Below are positions 51,526-60,839 of a stretch of 64,000 bases of DNA, one piece after another (the stretch's first letter is position 1; each line of letters starts with the position of its first letter). The stretch covers positions 1,216,001 to 1,280,000 of the forward strand of contig CAXXMB010000002.1 of the NCBI GenBank assembly GCA_963668675.2, written 5' to 3'. A model generated the notes under the pieces. That model made no database searches. It was not told the origin of the DNA and worked only from the letters and a program-made list of their open reading frames with translations. Source of the DNA: an uncultured Desulfatitalea sp. Lineage in GTDB: Bacteria; Desulfobacterota; Desulfobacteria; Desulfobacterales; Desulfosarcinaceae. The translations under genes were made by a program, and so were the position numbers.

Positions 51526-52572
51526 CTAGTCGTTCGGTTGGGGGGTCCGCTTCAGCGCCATTCCCGGTTTCAGATCCGGCTGGTCGGCTATTAGAATCTG
51601 ATGGTCGGTTTCCCCCAGAATGACGATGGGCACTTTCCGTCCGTCCGCTTGCAGCACCACAAAGGGGTTGTCGTAGCGCCGGGTGACACTGTTGCGCGGC
51701 ACCATCAGCCCCCCTCCGGCCACGTCGATGGCCAACTCGACCTGAAGCCCTCCCATCGCTTCGCCTTGATAGTCGATCAGCGCCAGCTCCACGGCCCATT
51801 TGCGAGTGCGCTCGTCAAATTCCGGATTGACCCAGTTGATGTTGGCATGGGCTGGTTGCCCCGCCACCTTGACCTTCAGCCGCTCCGTCCGTCGAATGGC
51901 CTCCATCTCAGGGCCTGAGACGAACAGCGGCACCACCAGCTGCGTAAAGTCAGCCACCATGGCCAGCGGTGTCCCGGTAGCGATAATCTCGCCCGGCTCC
52001 ACCCACCGCTCGATCACAATCCATCCCTGAGGGGCCATCAGGCGATGCCGCCTGAGCCGCTCTTTCATCTCGCGGAGTTGGACGGCCAGCGTTTTCAGTT
52101 CCTGTTCGGTGGTCTGCAACGCCAGCCGGGCCTGTTCGAGCGCTTCGGCAGCCGCATCCCAATTGGACTGGGTTGCAACGTTGCCGGCATGCAATTGGTC
52201 GATGCGGCGAAACTCTTTTTCCAGATAGGCGGCTTGGGAGGCATTTCGTGATCGGGCCACCTCGAGCTTTTTCAAAGTCAACTCGGTCTGCTCGATCTGA
52301 AAACCGATAAAAACGGGGTCCATTTCAAGAAAAGGCGCATTTCCAATGGCTTGACCCACATCGTAATTGACCCGCAACACTTTGCCGGATACCTCGGAGG
52401 CAAGGGTCTGCTTGGCGCGGCTGCGGGTATAACCTATCAGGTTGATCCGTTTGCGTGCCGACGCCACCGTGGGCATATCCTGCGCGCTTACATTGGTGGC
52501 TATAAAGATCAGCGCGGCGAGGCAGCAGGCAGGTGCCCGCCTCCTCCACCCTTTTTGCGGCGTTTCCAACAT
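51526..52572 (-). CDS. RND periplasmic adaptor (membrane fusion protein)
   Basis: SEVSGKV, long coiled coil, APQGW, VEPGE, VNPEFDERTR; GAGGAG RBS. Confidence 0.88.
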   Translation of the reverse strand: MLETPQKGWRRRAPACCLAALIFIATNVSAQDMPTVASARKRINLIGYTRSRAKQTLASEVSGKVLRVNYDVGQAIGNAPFLEMDPVFIGFQIEQTELTLKKLEVARSRNASQAAYLEKEFRRIDQLHAGNVATQSNWDAAAEALEQARLALQTTEQELKTLAVQLREMKERLRRHRLMAPQGWIVIERWVEPGEIIATGTPLAMVADFTQLVVPLFVSGPEMEAIRRTERLKVKVAGQPAHANINWVNPEFDERTRKWAVELALIDYQGEAMGGLQVELAIDVAGGGLMVPRNSVTRRYDNPFVVLQADGRKVPIVILGETDHQILIADQPDLKPGMALKRTPQPND

Positions 52573-52774
52573 CAACTCCTCACTTACAAGAATCAATCGG
52601 TGCACAGCAGGTATGGCAGCAGGATAAGTTTCGAATAGATATCGCCTACCATATCCCAGGTTTGCAGTAACATCAATGTAGATGCCCAAATTGGCGCCAA
52701 AACGCCACAACCGAAACAGGAGACGCAGGATGGACGCCGAAGGTGGGAAGAAACACGGCAGGGGTCCGCTTCAG

Positions 52775-52815
52775 AAAAAGGAAACGGCTAAGTGTATTGG
52801 GATCACTTAGCCGTT
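52775..52815 (-). terminator. Intrinsic terminator of the candidate sRNA
   Basis: Minus strand AACGGCTAAGTG-ATCCCAATA-CACTTAGCCGTT-TCCTTTTT. Confidence 0.75.
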
Positions 52816-52855
52816 AAAGGAGGAGAACAGATGAAAAAACTATTGGTTTGGCAGT
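52775..52855 (-). ncRNA. Candidate sigma-54-dependent small RNA with an anti-SD/anti-start-codon region
   Basis: Lies between a -24/-12 promoter and a 12-bp hairpin with U-tract; no minus-strand ORF. Confidence 0.6.
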
Positions 52856-52865
52856 TTAATCTAAA

Positions 52866-52881
52866 TGCAATATTCTTGCCA
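52866..52881 (-). promoter_or_regulatory. Sigma-54 (-24/-12) promoter
   Basis: Minus strand TGGCAAGAATATTGCA, exact GG-N10-GC spacing; AT-rich upstream region. Confidence 0.7.
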
Positions 52882-53225
52882 CATATATAAAAAAGTGGCA
52901 TTTAAAACCCATTATATTCCTTATTCCTTTTATTACAGAAGGTTATAATTTTATTGGCTGCAAGAAAATCATGTGTCCGGACATCGAGAACGAAGCAGAA
53001 CTATATTGGAAGTTTAAATTAATGAACCTGAGAAAACCAAAATATTCTTTAACATACTATAATTTATGGTTATTAATAAAATTACGCAAATGTTCAACAT
53101 TTTGAACCAAAACAGAACCGACTGGGAAGAAAACTACCTTACTTCTTGCTTTTTATACCTATTTAGCGTTCAGGCTTGTGAACCAAATACCATACGCCCC
53201 AGAACTACACCTACCATTTTGAGCG

Positions 53226-53609
53226 TCACACAGCGGGCGCCTTATCGAGCAATCGTCTGATTTCGGCCAGCAGATCGGCATTGGAGAACGGCTTGGTGAT
53301 ATAGGCATCCACCCCCAGATTCAACCCTTTGGCGATATCCACATCCCGGTTTTTGGCCGTAAGGCAGATCACCTTGATATCATCCCACAGCGGGTTCTGG
53401 CGAATGATCTGAAAAATCTCATAACCATCCAGATCCGGAAGCATGATGTCCAGAAGGATGAGGTCAGGCTTGTTTTTAGCGATGGCGTCAAATGCATCCT
53501 TGCCACTCTGGGCCAGTGCAACGTTGAAGCTGTTCTTCTCCAGCAGGAATTTAAGCGGCACCAGGATGCTGATCTCATCATCAACGATCAAAATGGTAGG
53601 TGGCTTCAT
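53226..53609 (-). CDS. Single-domain response regulator
   Basis: ILIVDDE, LDIMLPDLDG, LTAK, TKPFS. Confidence 0.92.
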   Translation of the reverse strand: MKPPTILIVDDEISILVPLKFLLEKNSFNVALAQSGKDAFDAIAKNKPDLILLDIMLPDLDGYEIFQIIRQNPLWDDIKVICLTAKNRDVDIAKGLNLGVDAYITKPFSNADLLAEIRRLLDKAPAV

Positions 53610-53850
53610 CACTTTTTCTTTTTGACAGAGGCATGGACCCATCGGGAACCCACCGCCAGGCGGCCTGTACGTTTGACTCCATGGCCCAATTAAACTATGC
53701 TCAGCATAAATAACGTTAAAAATATCAAAAAAATCTTGTGAATACAATTCATATTTTCTCTAACCATTCATTACGCTATGGCCGCAGCCTCGCCACCACC
53801 CGCGGCAATCTCAGCACAGCAACGGGCGAGCCGGCTATGGAGGCGAACCG

Positions 53851-54057
53851 ATGAAGAGCGGTGGTGTCCGCAATAAACGCTTTGCCTATCTGTTCCTCTT
53901 GGGTGTGCTGGCCTTCAACTACCCACTGCTTTCGCTCTTTGATGCACCGTTGATGATCATGGGCATTCCCTTGCTCTATGCCTATATCTTTTTTGTTTGG
54001 CTCCTGCTGATTGTACTGGTGGGCGTGACAGCCAAATCCGGCCCACAGGGGATGTAG
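53851..54057 (+). CDS. Small 2-TM protein upstream of the SSS kinase
   Basis: GGAGG RBS; FNYPLLSLF and GIPLLYAYIFFVW. Confidence 0.8.
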   Translation: MKSGGVRNKRFAYLFLLGVLAFNYPLLSLFDAPLMIMGIPLLYAYIFFVWLLLIVLVGVTAKSGPQGM

Positions 54058-54106
54058 CTCCTGGCAGCATCGCCAGGTTTGCCAACTCAATCCAATGCGG
54101 ACGGCC

Positions 54107-56842
54107 ATGCTGGCGACTGAAACGATACTCTTTGTATCCATCTGCTATATCGGTATGCTGTTCGCCATCGCATATTATGGCGACAAAAGGGCCGATGCAG
54201 GTCGCAGCATCATCAACAGCCCCTACGTTTACGCCCTCTCCATGGCGGTCTACTGCACCGCCTGGACCTTCTACGGCAGTGTCGGGCGGGCGGTCCGTTT
54301 CGGGCCGGCCTTCCTGGCCATCTACATCGGCCCCACCCTCATGGTCACCCTGGGATGGTTGGTACTGAGGAAAATCCTGCGTATCAGCCGCGCCCACCGC
54401 ATCACCTCCATCGCCGATTTCATCGCCTCACGATACGGCAAAAGCATCCTGCTTGGCGGCGTGGTGACGGTGATCGCCGTGCTGGGTATCGTGCCCTACA
54501 TCTCGCTTCAGCTCAAAGCCATCTCCACCAGTTTTCAAATTTTCAGCAGTCATCAGGAGGGCGGCGAAATGGTCCGGCGGATGCCCTTTTTTCAGGACAC
54601 CGCCTTTTATGTCGCCTTCCTGCTGGCCGCATTCGCTGTTTTGTTCGGAACGCGCAAACCCGAGGCGACCGAGCGGCATGAGGGGCTGGTGGCGGCCATC
54701 GCCCTGGAATCCATCGTCAAACTGATCGCATTTCTGGCGGCGGGCCTGTTCGTCACCTACGTGCTGTTCGACGGTTTCGGCGACCTCTTTGCCAAGGCTG
54801 CGGCCCATGGCGGTATGCGCGATCTGTTTACCTTCTCGCGCAATGGGGGCGACGCCTATATGGATTGGACCGTCTACATTGTGCTGAGCATGCTGGCCAT
54901 TGTCCTGCTGCCGCGCCAATTTCAGATCACGGTGATCGAAAATGTAGACGAAGACCATCTTCGAAAAGCGATCTGGCTCTTTCCGCTCTATATGCTGGCC
55001 ATCAATCTCTTTGTCCTGCCGGTGGCCCTGGCCGGAATGCTCCACTTTTCCGGGCAGTCCGTGGATGCCGACACCTTCGTGCTTAAACTGCCTCTGGCCA
55101 ACGGGCAGAAGGTGTTGAGCATGCTGGTCTTTATCGGCGGGATGTCGGCGGCCACCGGCATGGTGATCGTCGAGACCATTGCGCTCTCCACCATGATCTG
55201 CAACGACCTGGTGATGCCGCTGCTGCTGCACCTGCAGCCGCTGAAGCTGGCCAGGCGCACCGACCTGAGCACCTGGCTGATCGCCATTCGCCACGCCGCT
55301 ATCGTGGTGGTGATTCTGCTCGGCTATATCTATTTCCACCTCACTGCTGAGTTCTACACCCTCGTCTCCATCGGCCTGGTCTCGTTTGCCGCGGTGGCGC
55401 AGTTCGCCCCCGCCCTGTTCGGTGGCATATTCTGGAAGGGCGGCACCCAAAAGGGCGCACTATGGTCCATGGCGGTAGGCTTCCTCATCTGGGGCTATAC
55501 CCTGGTGTTGCCGTCGCTCGCGGCCGCCGGTATCCTGCCCCACTCGTTCATCGAAGAGGGCCCCTGGGGGTTGAGCTGGCTGAAACCGTTCTCGCTGTTC
55601 GGACTGCAGGGCCTGGACCGCGTGGCCCACGCCGTGGTCTGGAGTCTAATGGCCAATACGGTCACCTATGTGGGCGTATCACTGTTCGACAAACCATCGG
55701 CACTCGAGCACACCCAGGCCACCATGTTCGTCGATGTGTTTCGCTTCTCAGGTGAGACTGAAGAGTCACTGGTGTGGCGCGGCACTGCCATGATTCCCGA
55801 TATTAAATCCCTTCTGGAGCGCTTTCTGGGGCGGGATCGGACAGAAGAGGCCCTGGCCCAGTATGCTGAGAGCCGCAACATGGATTGGGGGCTCACGCTC
55901 AAGGCGGATTCCGGCTTCGTCACCCACGCGGAGAAGCTGCTGGCCGGCGCCATCGGATCTGCTTCGGCGCGGGTCATGGTTTCATCAGTGGTCAAGGAGG
56001 AGCCGCTGGGGGTTCAGGAGGTGATGGACATCCTCGACGAAACCCGCCAGGTCATCATCTACAGCAGGGAGCTAGAGACGGTCACGGCCGGACTCAAGGC
56101 AGCCAATGAAAGGCTCAAGGAGTTGGACCGGCTCAAGGACGAGTTTATCTCCACCGTCTCCCACGAACTGAGGACCCCGTTGACCTCCATCCGCTCCATC
56201 GCCGAAATCCTGAGGGACTATCCCGAAACCAACGCCATGGAGCAAAGGGAGTTTCTCGAAATCATGATCAACGAGATCCACCGCCTCTCCCGCCTGATCA
56301 ATCAGGTGCTCGATTTCCAGAAGATCGAGTCGGGCAAGATGCAGTGGCAGATCGAACCGGTGGACATGATCCAGGTGACCCAAGCCGCTGCAAATGCCAC
56401 CCGTCAATTGATCAACGAGAAGCGAATCCGCCTGACACTTGATCTGCCGCAAACGGTTCCCAGCCTGGCCGGGGATCGCGATCAACTGATCCAGGCCATG
56501 GTCAATCTGATCTCCAATGCGGTCAAATTTTGCCCTCTGGAACAGGGCAAAATCAGCATCCGGCTCGTCTACGGCCGTCAGCAACTCGAGATAAGCGTAA
56601 CAGACAACGGCATCGGCATCCGGCCCGAAGATCACCACACCGTTTTCGAACAGTTTCGCCAGATCACCCAGTCCACCGATCGCGGACGCCCCCAGGGCAG
56701 TGGTTTGGGGCTGGCCATCACCAAACGCATTATCGAGTACCACAAAGGCCGCATCTGGGTGGAGAGCGCATTGGGCGAGGGGGCCACGTTTCACTTCTCA
56801 CTGCCAGTGCTGCCGCCCATCGAAAAACTGCAAACCGGTTAG
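54107..56842 (+). CDS. Sodium:solute symporter (SLC5)-fused sensor histidine kinase (CrbS/CbrA-like)
   Basis: YCTAWTFYGSVG, SIADFIASRYGK, LPRQFQ, AIGSASAR, SHELRTPLTSI, NAVKF, GSGLGLAI. Confidence 0.92.
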   Translation: MLATETILFVSICYIGMLFAIAYYGDKRADAGRSIINSPYVYALSMAVYCTAWTFYGSVGRAVRFGPAFLAIYIGPTLMVTLGWLVLRKILRISRAHRITSIADFIASRYGKSILLGGVVTVIAVLGIVPYISLQLKAISTSFQIFSSHQEGGEMVRRMPFFQDTAFYVAFLLAAFAVLFGTRKPEATERHEGLVAAIALESIVKLIAFLAAGLFVTYVLFDGFGDLFAKAAAHGGMRDLFTFSRNGGDAYMDWTVYIVLSMLAIVLLPRQFQITVIENVDEDHLRKAIWLFPLYMLAINLFVLPVALAGMLHFSGQSVDADTFVLKLPLANGQKVLSMLVFIGGMSAATGMVIVETIALSTMICNDLVMPLLLHLQPLKLARRTDLSTWLIAIRHAAIVVVILLGYIYFHLTAEFYTLVSIGLVSFAAVAQFAPALFGGIFWKGGTQKGALWSMAVGFLIWGYTLVLPSLAAAGILPHSFIEEGPWGLSWLKPFSLFGLQGLDRVAHAVVWSLMANTVTYVGVSLFDKPSALEHTQATMFVDVFRFSGETEESLVWRGTAMIPDIKSLLERFLGRDRTEEALAQYAESRNMDWGLTLKADSGFVTHAEKLLAGAIGSASARVMVSSVVKEEPLGVQEVMDILDETRQVIIYSRELETVTAGLKAANERLKELDRLKDEFISTVSHELRTPLTSIRSIAEILRDYPETNAMEQREFLEIMINEIHRLSRLINQVLDFQKIESGKMQWQIEPVDMIQVTQAAANATRQLINEKRIRLTLDLPQTVPSLAGDRDQLIQAMVNLISNAVKFCPLEQGKISIRLVYGRQQLEISVTDNGIGIRPEDHHTVFEQFRQITQSTDRGRPQGSGLGLAITKRIIEYHKGRIWVESALGEGATFHFSLPVLPPIEKLQTG

Positions 56843-56955
56843 AGCCTCCCGTTTATCCCCGGAAGCATTTCTGGTATGGTGCAGGGGCGAACTTTGCTGA
56901 ACCAGCCGGCATGGACCCAACAAGCGACCCGAATCACACAGAGAGAGGAGACCCT

Positions 56956-58125
56956 TTGGCGACACCTCCCATAGTAGAAGGCACCTGTGAAAAACAGTTC
57001 TCCGGGGTAAAAGAGAGGTTCGAAGCCCACCTGCGCGACGGCCGGGAGATCGGTGCCGCCGTTGCGGCGACCATGCACGGCCGCATGGTGGTGGACCTTT
57101 GGGGTGGCCATATGGATCGCCGGCAAACCCGTCCCTGGCGACCGGACACGCTGGTCAATCTCTACTCGACCACCAAGGGGATGACCGCCACCTGTGTGCA
57201 ACGCCTGATCGATAAGAAACAGTTGTCTCCCGACCAACGTGTTGCTCACTACTGGCCCGAATTTTCCCAGAACGGCAAAGACGAAATCACGATTCGTCAG
57301 TTGTTGTGCCACCAGGCCGGGCTGCCTGCCATATCCATGCCCCTCGCCCCGGAGTCGGTTTTCGACTGGGAGACGATGACCGATGCCTTGGCCGCCCAAA
57401 AACCATGGTGGCCGCCAGGCACCCGGCACGGGTACCATGCACGCACCTTCGGCTGGCTGCTCGGCGAACTGGTCCGGCGCGTTACCGGCAAAACGGTGGG
57501 GGCCTATTTCAGCGACGAAATCGCGCGCCCGCTTGGGCTCGACTTCCACATCGGCCTGGCGAGCGGCCAGCACCACAGGGTCGCCCCGATCACAAAGGTC
57601 CCTGCACCGCCGCCCGGGGCGAAACCCAATCTCGCAGATATCTTCATGAACCAGCCTGATGCATTGACCACCAAAGCGTTCACCAACCCCAACATCTACC
57701 GGCTGGGAGATGTGGCCAACTCGGCAGCCTGGCGCAGCGCGGAGATTCCCTCCTCCAATGGCCACGGCACCGCAAGGGATCTGGCCCGGCTTTACGGCGC
57801 CCTGGCCTGTGGCGGCAGCGTCGACGGCATCCGCATTCTGAGCCCGGAACGCATTGAAGAGATGGCTGTCGACCAGGCACGGGGCGACGATGCCGTCCTG
57901 CTGACCGAGACGCGCTTCTGCATGGGATTTATGAAGTCTGTTCCCGGCGCGTCCATGGGGCCCAACGACAACGCCTTCGGCCATCCCGGGACCGGCGGAT
58001 CGGTGGGGTTTGCCGACCCGGAGACGGGCGTGGGATTCGGCTACGTGATGAATAAGTGCGGCGCGTCCATTCTGATCGACGAGCGACCGGCGGCCCTCAT
58101 GAATGCACTCTATAAGGCCCTTTAG
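56956..58125 (+). CDS. Serine hydrolase, beta-lactamase/family VIII esterase type
   Basis: STTK (SxxK), LLCHQAGL, GYHA, FGHPGTGGS; GAGGAG RBS before TTG. Confidence 0.9.
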   Translation: MATPPIVEGTCEKQFSGVKERFEAHLRDGREIGAAVAATMHGRMVVDLWGGHMDRRQTRPWRPDTLVNLYSTTKGMTATCVQRLIDKKQLSPDQRVAHYWPEFSQNGKDEITIRQLLCHQAGLPAISMPLAPESVFDWETMTDALAAQKPWWPPGTRHGYHARTFGWLLGELVRRVTGKTVGAYFSDEIARPLGLDFHIGLASGQHHRVAPITKVPAPPPGAKPNLADIFMNQPDALTTKAFTNPNIYRLGDVANSAAWRSAEIPSSNGHGTARDLARLYGALACGGSVDGIRILSPERIEEMAVDQARGDDAVLLTETRFCMGFMKSVPGASMGPNDNAFGHPGTGGSVGFADPETGVGFGYVMNKCGASILIDERPAALMNALYKAL

Positions 58126-58175
58126 GTCTGGCGAAGCCACCGCATCGGCCAGGCCCGAAACCAAAGGAACTGCGC

Positions 58176-59102
58176 ATGAAACCAAAATGGGCGATCCTTC
58201 TCTTTCTAACTGCCATTTGTCTCTCCTGCGCCTCCGGGCCTGCCCCGGAACGGAACCCCAAACATCTCCGTGAAGGCATCTATTACCACAACAAAGGCGC
58301 GGAGCTCTTCACCAAAGGGTGCTACCAAAGGGCCATGGCCTATTTCCAGGATAGCCATCAAATCTACGTCGCCGCCGATGAGCAGGCCGGTGTGGCGCGA
58401 GCGCTCAACAGCATTGCCGATACCTATTTCCGCATAGGCGACATGCAGAGCGCTCTGCTGGTGTATGGCGACGCCATCGCACTGTCGGAAAGTGAAAAAA
58501 TGGACGTGGAACTGGTGCGTGCCCTGAGCAACAAAGCGGCCGCACTGCTCGCACTGCACCGGACGGAGGACGCCGCAGCCGCCCTTGATCGAGCAGGAAA
58601 GATAGTGAATAAGCGCTGGCAGGAGGCGCTCTATCTTAAAACCCGCGCACTTCTACTGATGGAAGAGAAGAATCCACAGCAGGCGAAAACGCTCCTCGAA
58701 AACGCACTGGATGCGCCCGGAGGGGGAAAAAACGGTATTGCCAACAGCATCTACTTCTCCATGGGACGCCTGCTCTTGCAGTCCGACCAACCGGAGAGAG
58801 CCAGAACGCGCTTCGAACAAGCGCTGACCCTCGACAGCAAGAAAGCATGCCATCACGACATTGCCCGGGATCTGGAGGCGATCGCCATAACCCATGCTGC
58901 TGTCGGCGAACATGCCGATGCTGTCCGATATTATAAGCGCAGCGTTAAAATCTATGCGCTCTTAAAGGATGAACGAGGAACAAAAACGGTTGTTTCGAAG
59001 ATGAGGAGAAGCGCCGCCCAGGCCAGTATCGACATTCAGATGACCCTGCAATGGGTTCAGACGTGGCTTACGGATAAATCGGCCAGCGCCATCTGCGATT
59101 GA
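58176..59102 (+). CDS. TPR-repeat lipoprotein
   Basis: Lipobox-like CLSC after a hydrophobic leader; TPR-like repeats (ARALNSIA, RALSNKA). Confidence 0.8.
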   Translation: MKPKWAILLFLTAICLSCASGPAPERNPKHLREGIYYHNKGAELFTKGCYQRAMAYFQDSHQIYVAADEQAGVARALNSIADTYFRIGDMQSALLVYGDAIALSESEKMDVELVRALSNKAAALLALHRTEDAAAALDRAGKIVNKRWQEALYLKTRALLLMEEKNPQQAKTLLENALDAPGGGKNGIANSIYFSMGRLLLQSDQPERARTRFEQALTLDSKKACHHDIARDLEAIAITHAAVGEHADAVRYYKRSVKIYALLKDERGTKTVVSKMRRSAAQASIDIQMTLQWVQTWLTDKSASAICD

Positions 59103-59159
59103 TACCCTGATGTGACTTATACTCTCAACTCTCGGTTATGAGCAAACCCCAAATAATGA

Positions 59160-59339
59160 GGTGGGTCCAGTGGGTGGTCTGCACCTGGTCAGCATTGCAT
59201 GTTAGCGCCGCTTAGCGGCAGTGGAGGACCAGCGGCCCGGACTGTTTGAGCGAACGCGAGTTTCCGGGCCGCCCGGAACTGACGCTTAGCGGCACTTGCA
59301 TGCGTTTGCTTCAGGTGCAGACCACCCACTGGACCCACC
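59160..59339. repeat. 180-bp rod-like palindromic element, copy B
   Basis: Nested inverted repeats; homologous to 13572-13751. Confidence 0.9.
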
Positions 59340-59362
59340 GGATTAAAAATCCAAACGTCGAG

Positions 59363-60076
59363 TTATACTTCCAAATACTTCGCCTTTGCTTCAGGATTGT
59401 CCTCAAGCTCGCCCACAGTACCGGTAAATCCCAGGTGGGCCTTTCCCATGAGATAGACGCGCTGGGCAACGGACATGGCCACTTTCAGGTTGTGCTCCAC
59501 CAGCAAGATGGCGATGCCCGATTTGGAGATCTTGCGCAACACATCACGCACCTCTTTGACCATGATCGGAGACAACCCCTCGGTGGGCTCGTCGACCATG
59601 AGCAGTTTGGGGTTGCCCATCAAGGTGCGACCGATGGTGAGCATCTGCTGCTCGCCGCCGGACAGATGCGCTCCCCTCTGGTGGGTGCGCTCTTTCATGA
59701 ACGGGAAGTGCTCGAAGATCTTCTCGATGGTCCAGGTGTCGGGGTCGGACATATTGACCTTGCCCCCCTTGACCCCCATCATCAGGTTGTCCAGTACGGA
59801 TAGCGTCGGAAAAATACGCCGCTCTTCGGGCACATAGCCGATGCCGGCCTTGGCGATCTTATACGGGGCTTGGCCTGTGATCTCTTTACCATTAAAAATG
59901 ATGGTGCCGGATTTGGGCTTAAGCAGCCCCATGATACTTTTTAACGTGGTGCTTTTGCCCATGCCGTTTCTGCCGAGCAGGGCCACCACCTCTCCCGCGT
60001 TAACCTCCAAAGACATGTTCTGCAACGCGTGGCTCTGGCCGTAGTAAGTGTTTATGTCGCTCACTTGAAGCAGCAT
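59363..60076 (-). CDS. livF: Branched-chain amino acid-type ABC ATPase
   Basis: GRNGMGKST, LSGGEQQML, DEPTEGL. Confidence 0.9.
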   Translation of the reverse strand: MLLQVSDINTYYGQSHALQNMSLEVNAGEVVALLGRNGMGKSTTLKSIMGLLKPKSGTIIFNGKEITGQAPYKIAKAGIGYVPEERRIFPTLSVLDNLMMGVKGGKVNMSDPDTWTIEKIFEHFPFMKERTHQRGAHLSGGEQQMLTIGRTLMGNPKLLMVDEPTEGLSPIMVKEVRDVLRKISKSGIAILLVEHNLKVAMSVAQRVYLMGKAHLGFTGTVGELEDNPEAKAKYLEV

Positions 60077-60078
60077 GC

Positions 60079-60825
60079 TTAATCCTCCATCTCACCCAGG
60101 TAGGCTGCCTGAACTTCATCGTTTTGCTGGATCTCATCGGGGCTGCCGGTGGCCAGGACCGTGCCGTGGTGCAGCACGGTGATGCGATCGGCCAAAGAGA
60201 AGACCACCTCCATGTCGTGCTCGATGATCACCGTGGTCTTGCCTTCGGTCAGCCGCCTGATCAGCTCCACGGCGTAGTGGGTCTCATCGACCGACATCCC
60301 GGCAGTGGGCTCATCGAGCATGACCAGCTCCGGGTTGGTGGCAAGCGACATGCTGATCTCCAAAGAGCGGTGCTTGCCGTACGACAGGTTGCCGGCCAGG
60401 GTGAAGCGATCGTCGAACAGGTTGATGCGCTTTAGGATCTCCACGGTGTCGCGGGTCACCTCGTCCATCTTGTCCACGTAGCGAAACAGGTTGAAACGGA
60501 TGCCTTTTTGCGACATCACGGCCAGGCGGATGTTTTGAAAGGCCGTCAGGCGATCGAAGGTGCTGGTGATCTGAAACGATCGCCCCATGCCCCGTCGCTG
60601 GATCCGGCACGGGCCTTTGCCGGTGATGTTTTTGCTTTTAAAGTAAACTCCGCCCTGGCTGGGGGTGTAGGTGCCGGTGATGGTGTTGAACAGGGTGGTT
60701 TTGCCGGCGCCGTTGGGCCCGATGATCGCGTGGCGTTCGCCGGCGGCGACCTTAAGGTTCACATCCATCAGCACCTTTAATCCGTCGAAGTCGTGCGATA
60801 AACTTCTGGTCTCTAGAATATTCAC
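60079..60825 (-). CDS. livG: Branched-chain amino acid-type ABC ATPase
   Basis: GPNGAGKTT, LSYG, LDEPTAG, IEHDM. Confidence 0.9.
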   Translation of the reverse strand: MNILETRSLSHDFDGLKVLMDVNLKVAAGERHAIIGPNGAGKTTLFNTITGTYTPSQGGVYFKSKNITGKGPCRIQRRGMGRSFQITSTFDRLTAFQNIRLAVMSQKGIRFNLFRYVDKMDEVTRDTVEILKRINLFDDRFTLAGNLSYGKHRSLEISMSLATNPELVMLDEPTAGMSVDETHYAVELIRRLTEGKTTVIIEHDMEVVFSLADRITVLHHGTVLATGSPDEIQQNDEVQAAYLGEMED

Positions 60826-60839
60826 GCGAGCTCCTCCCC

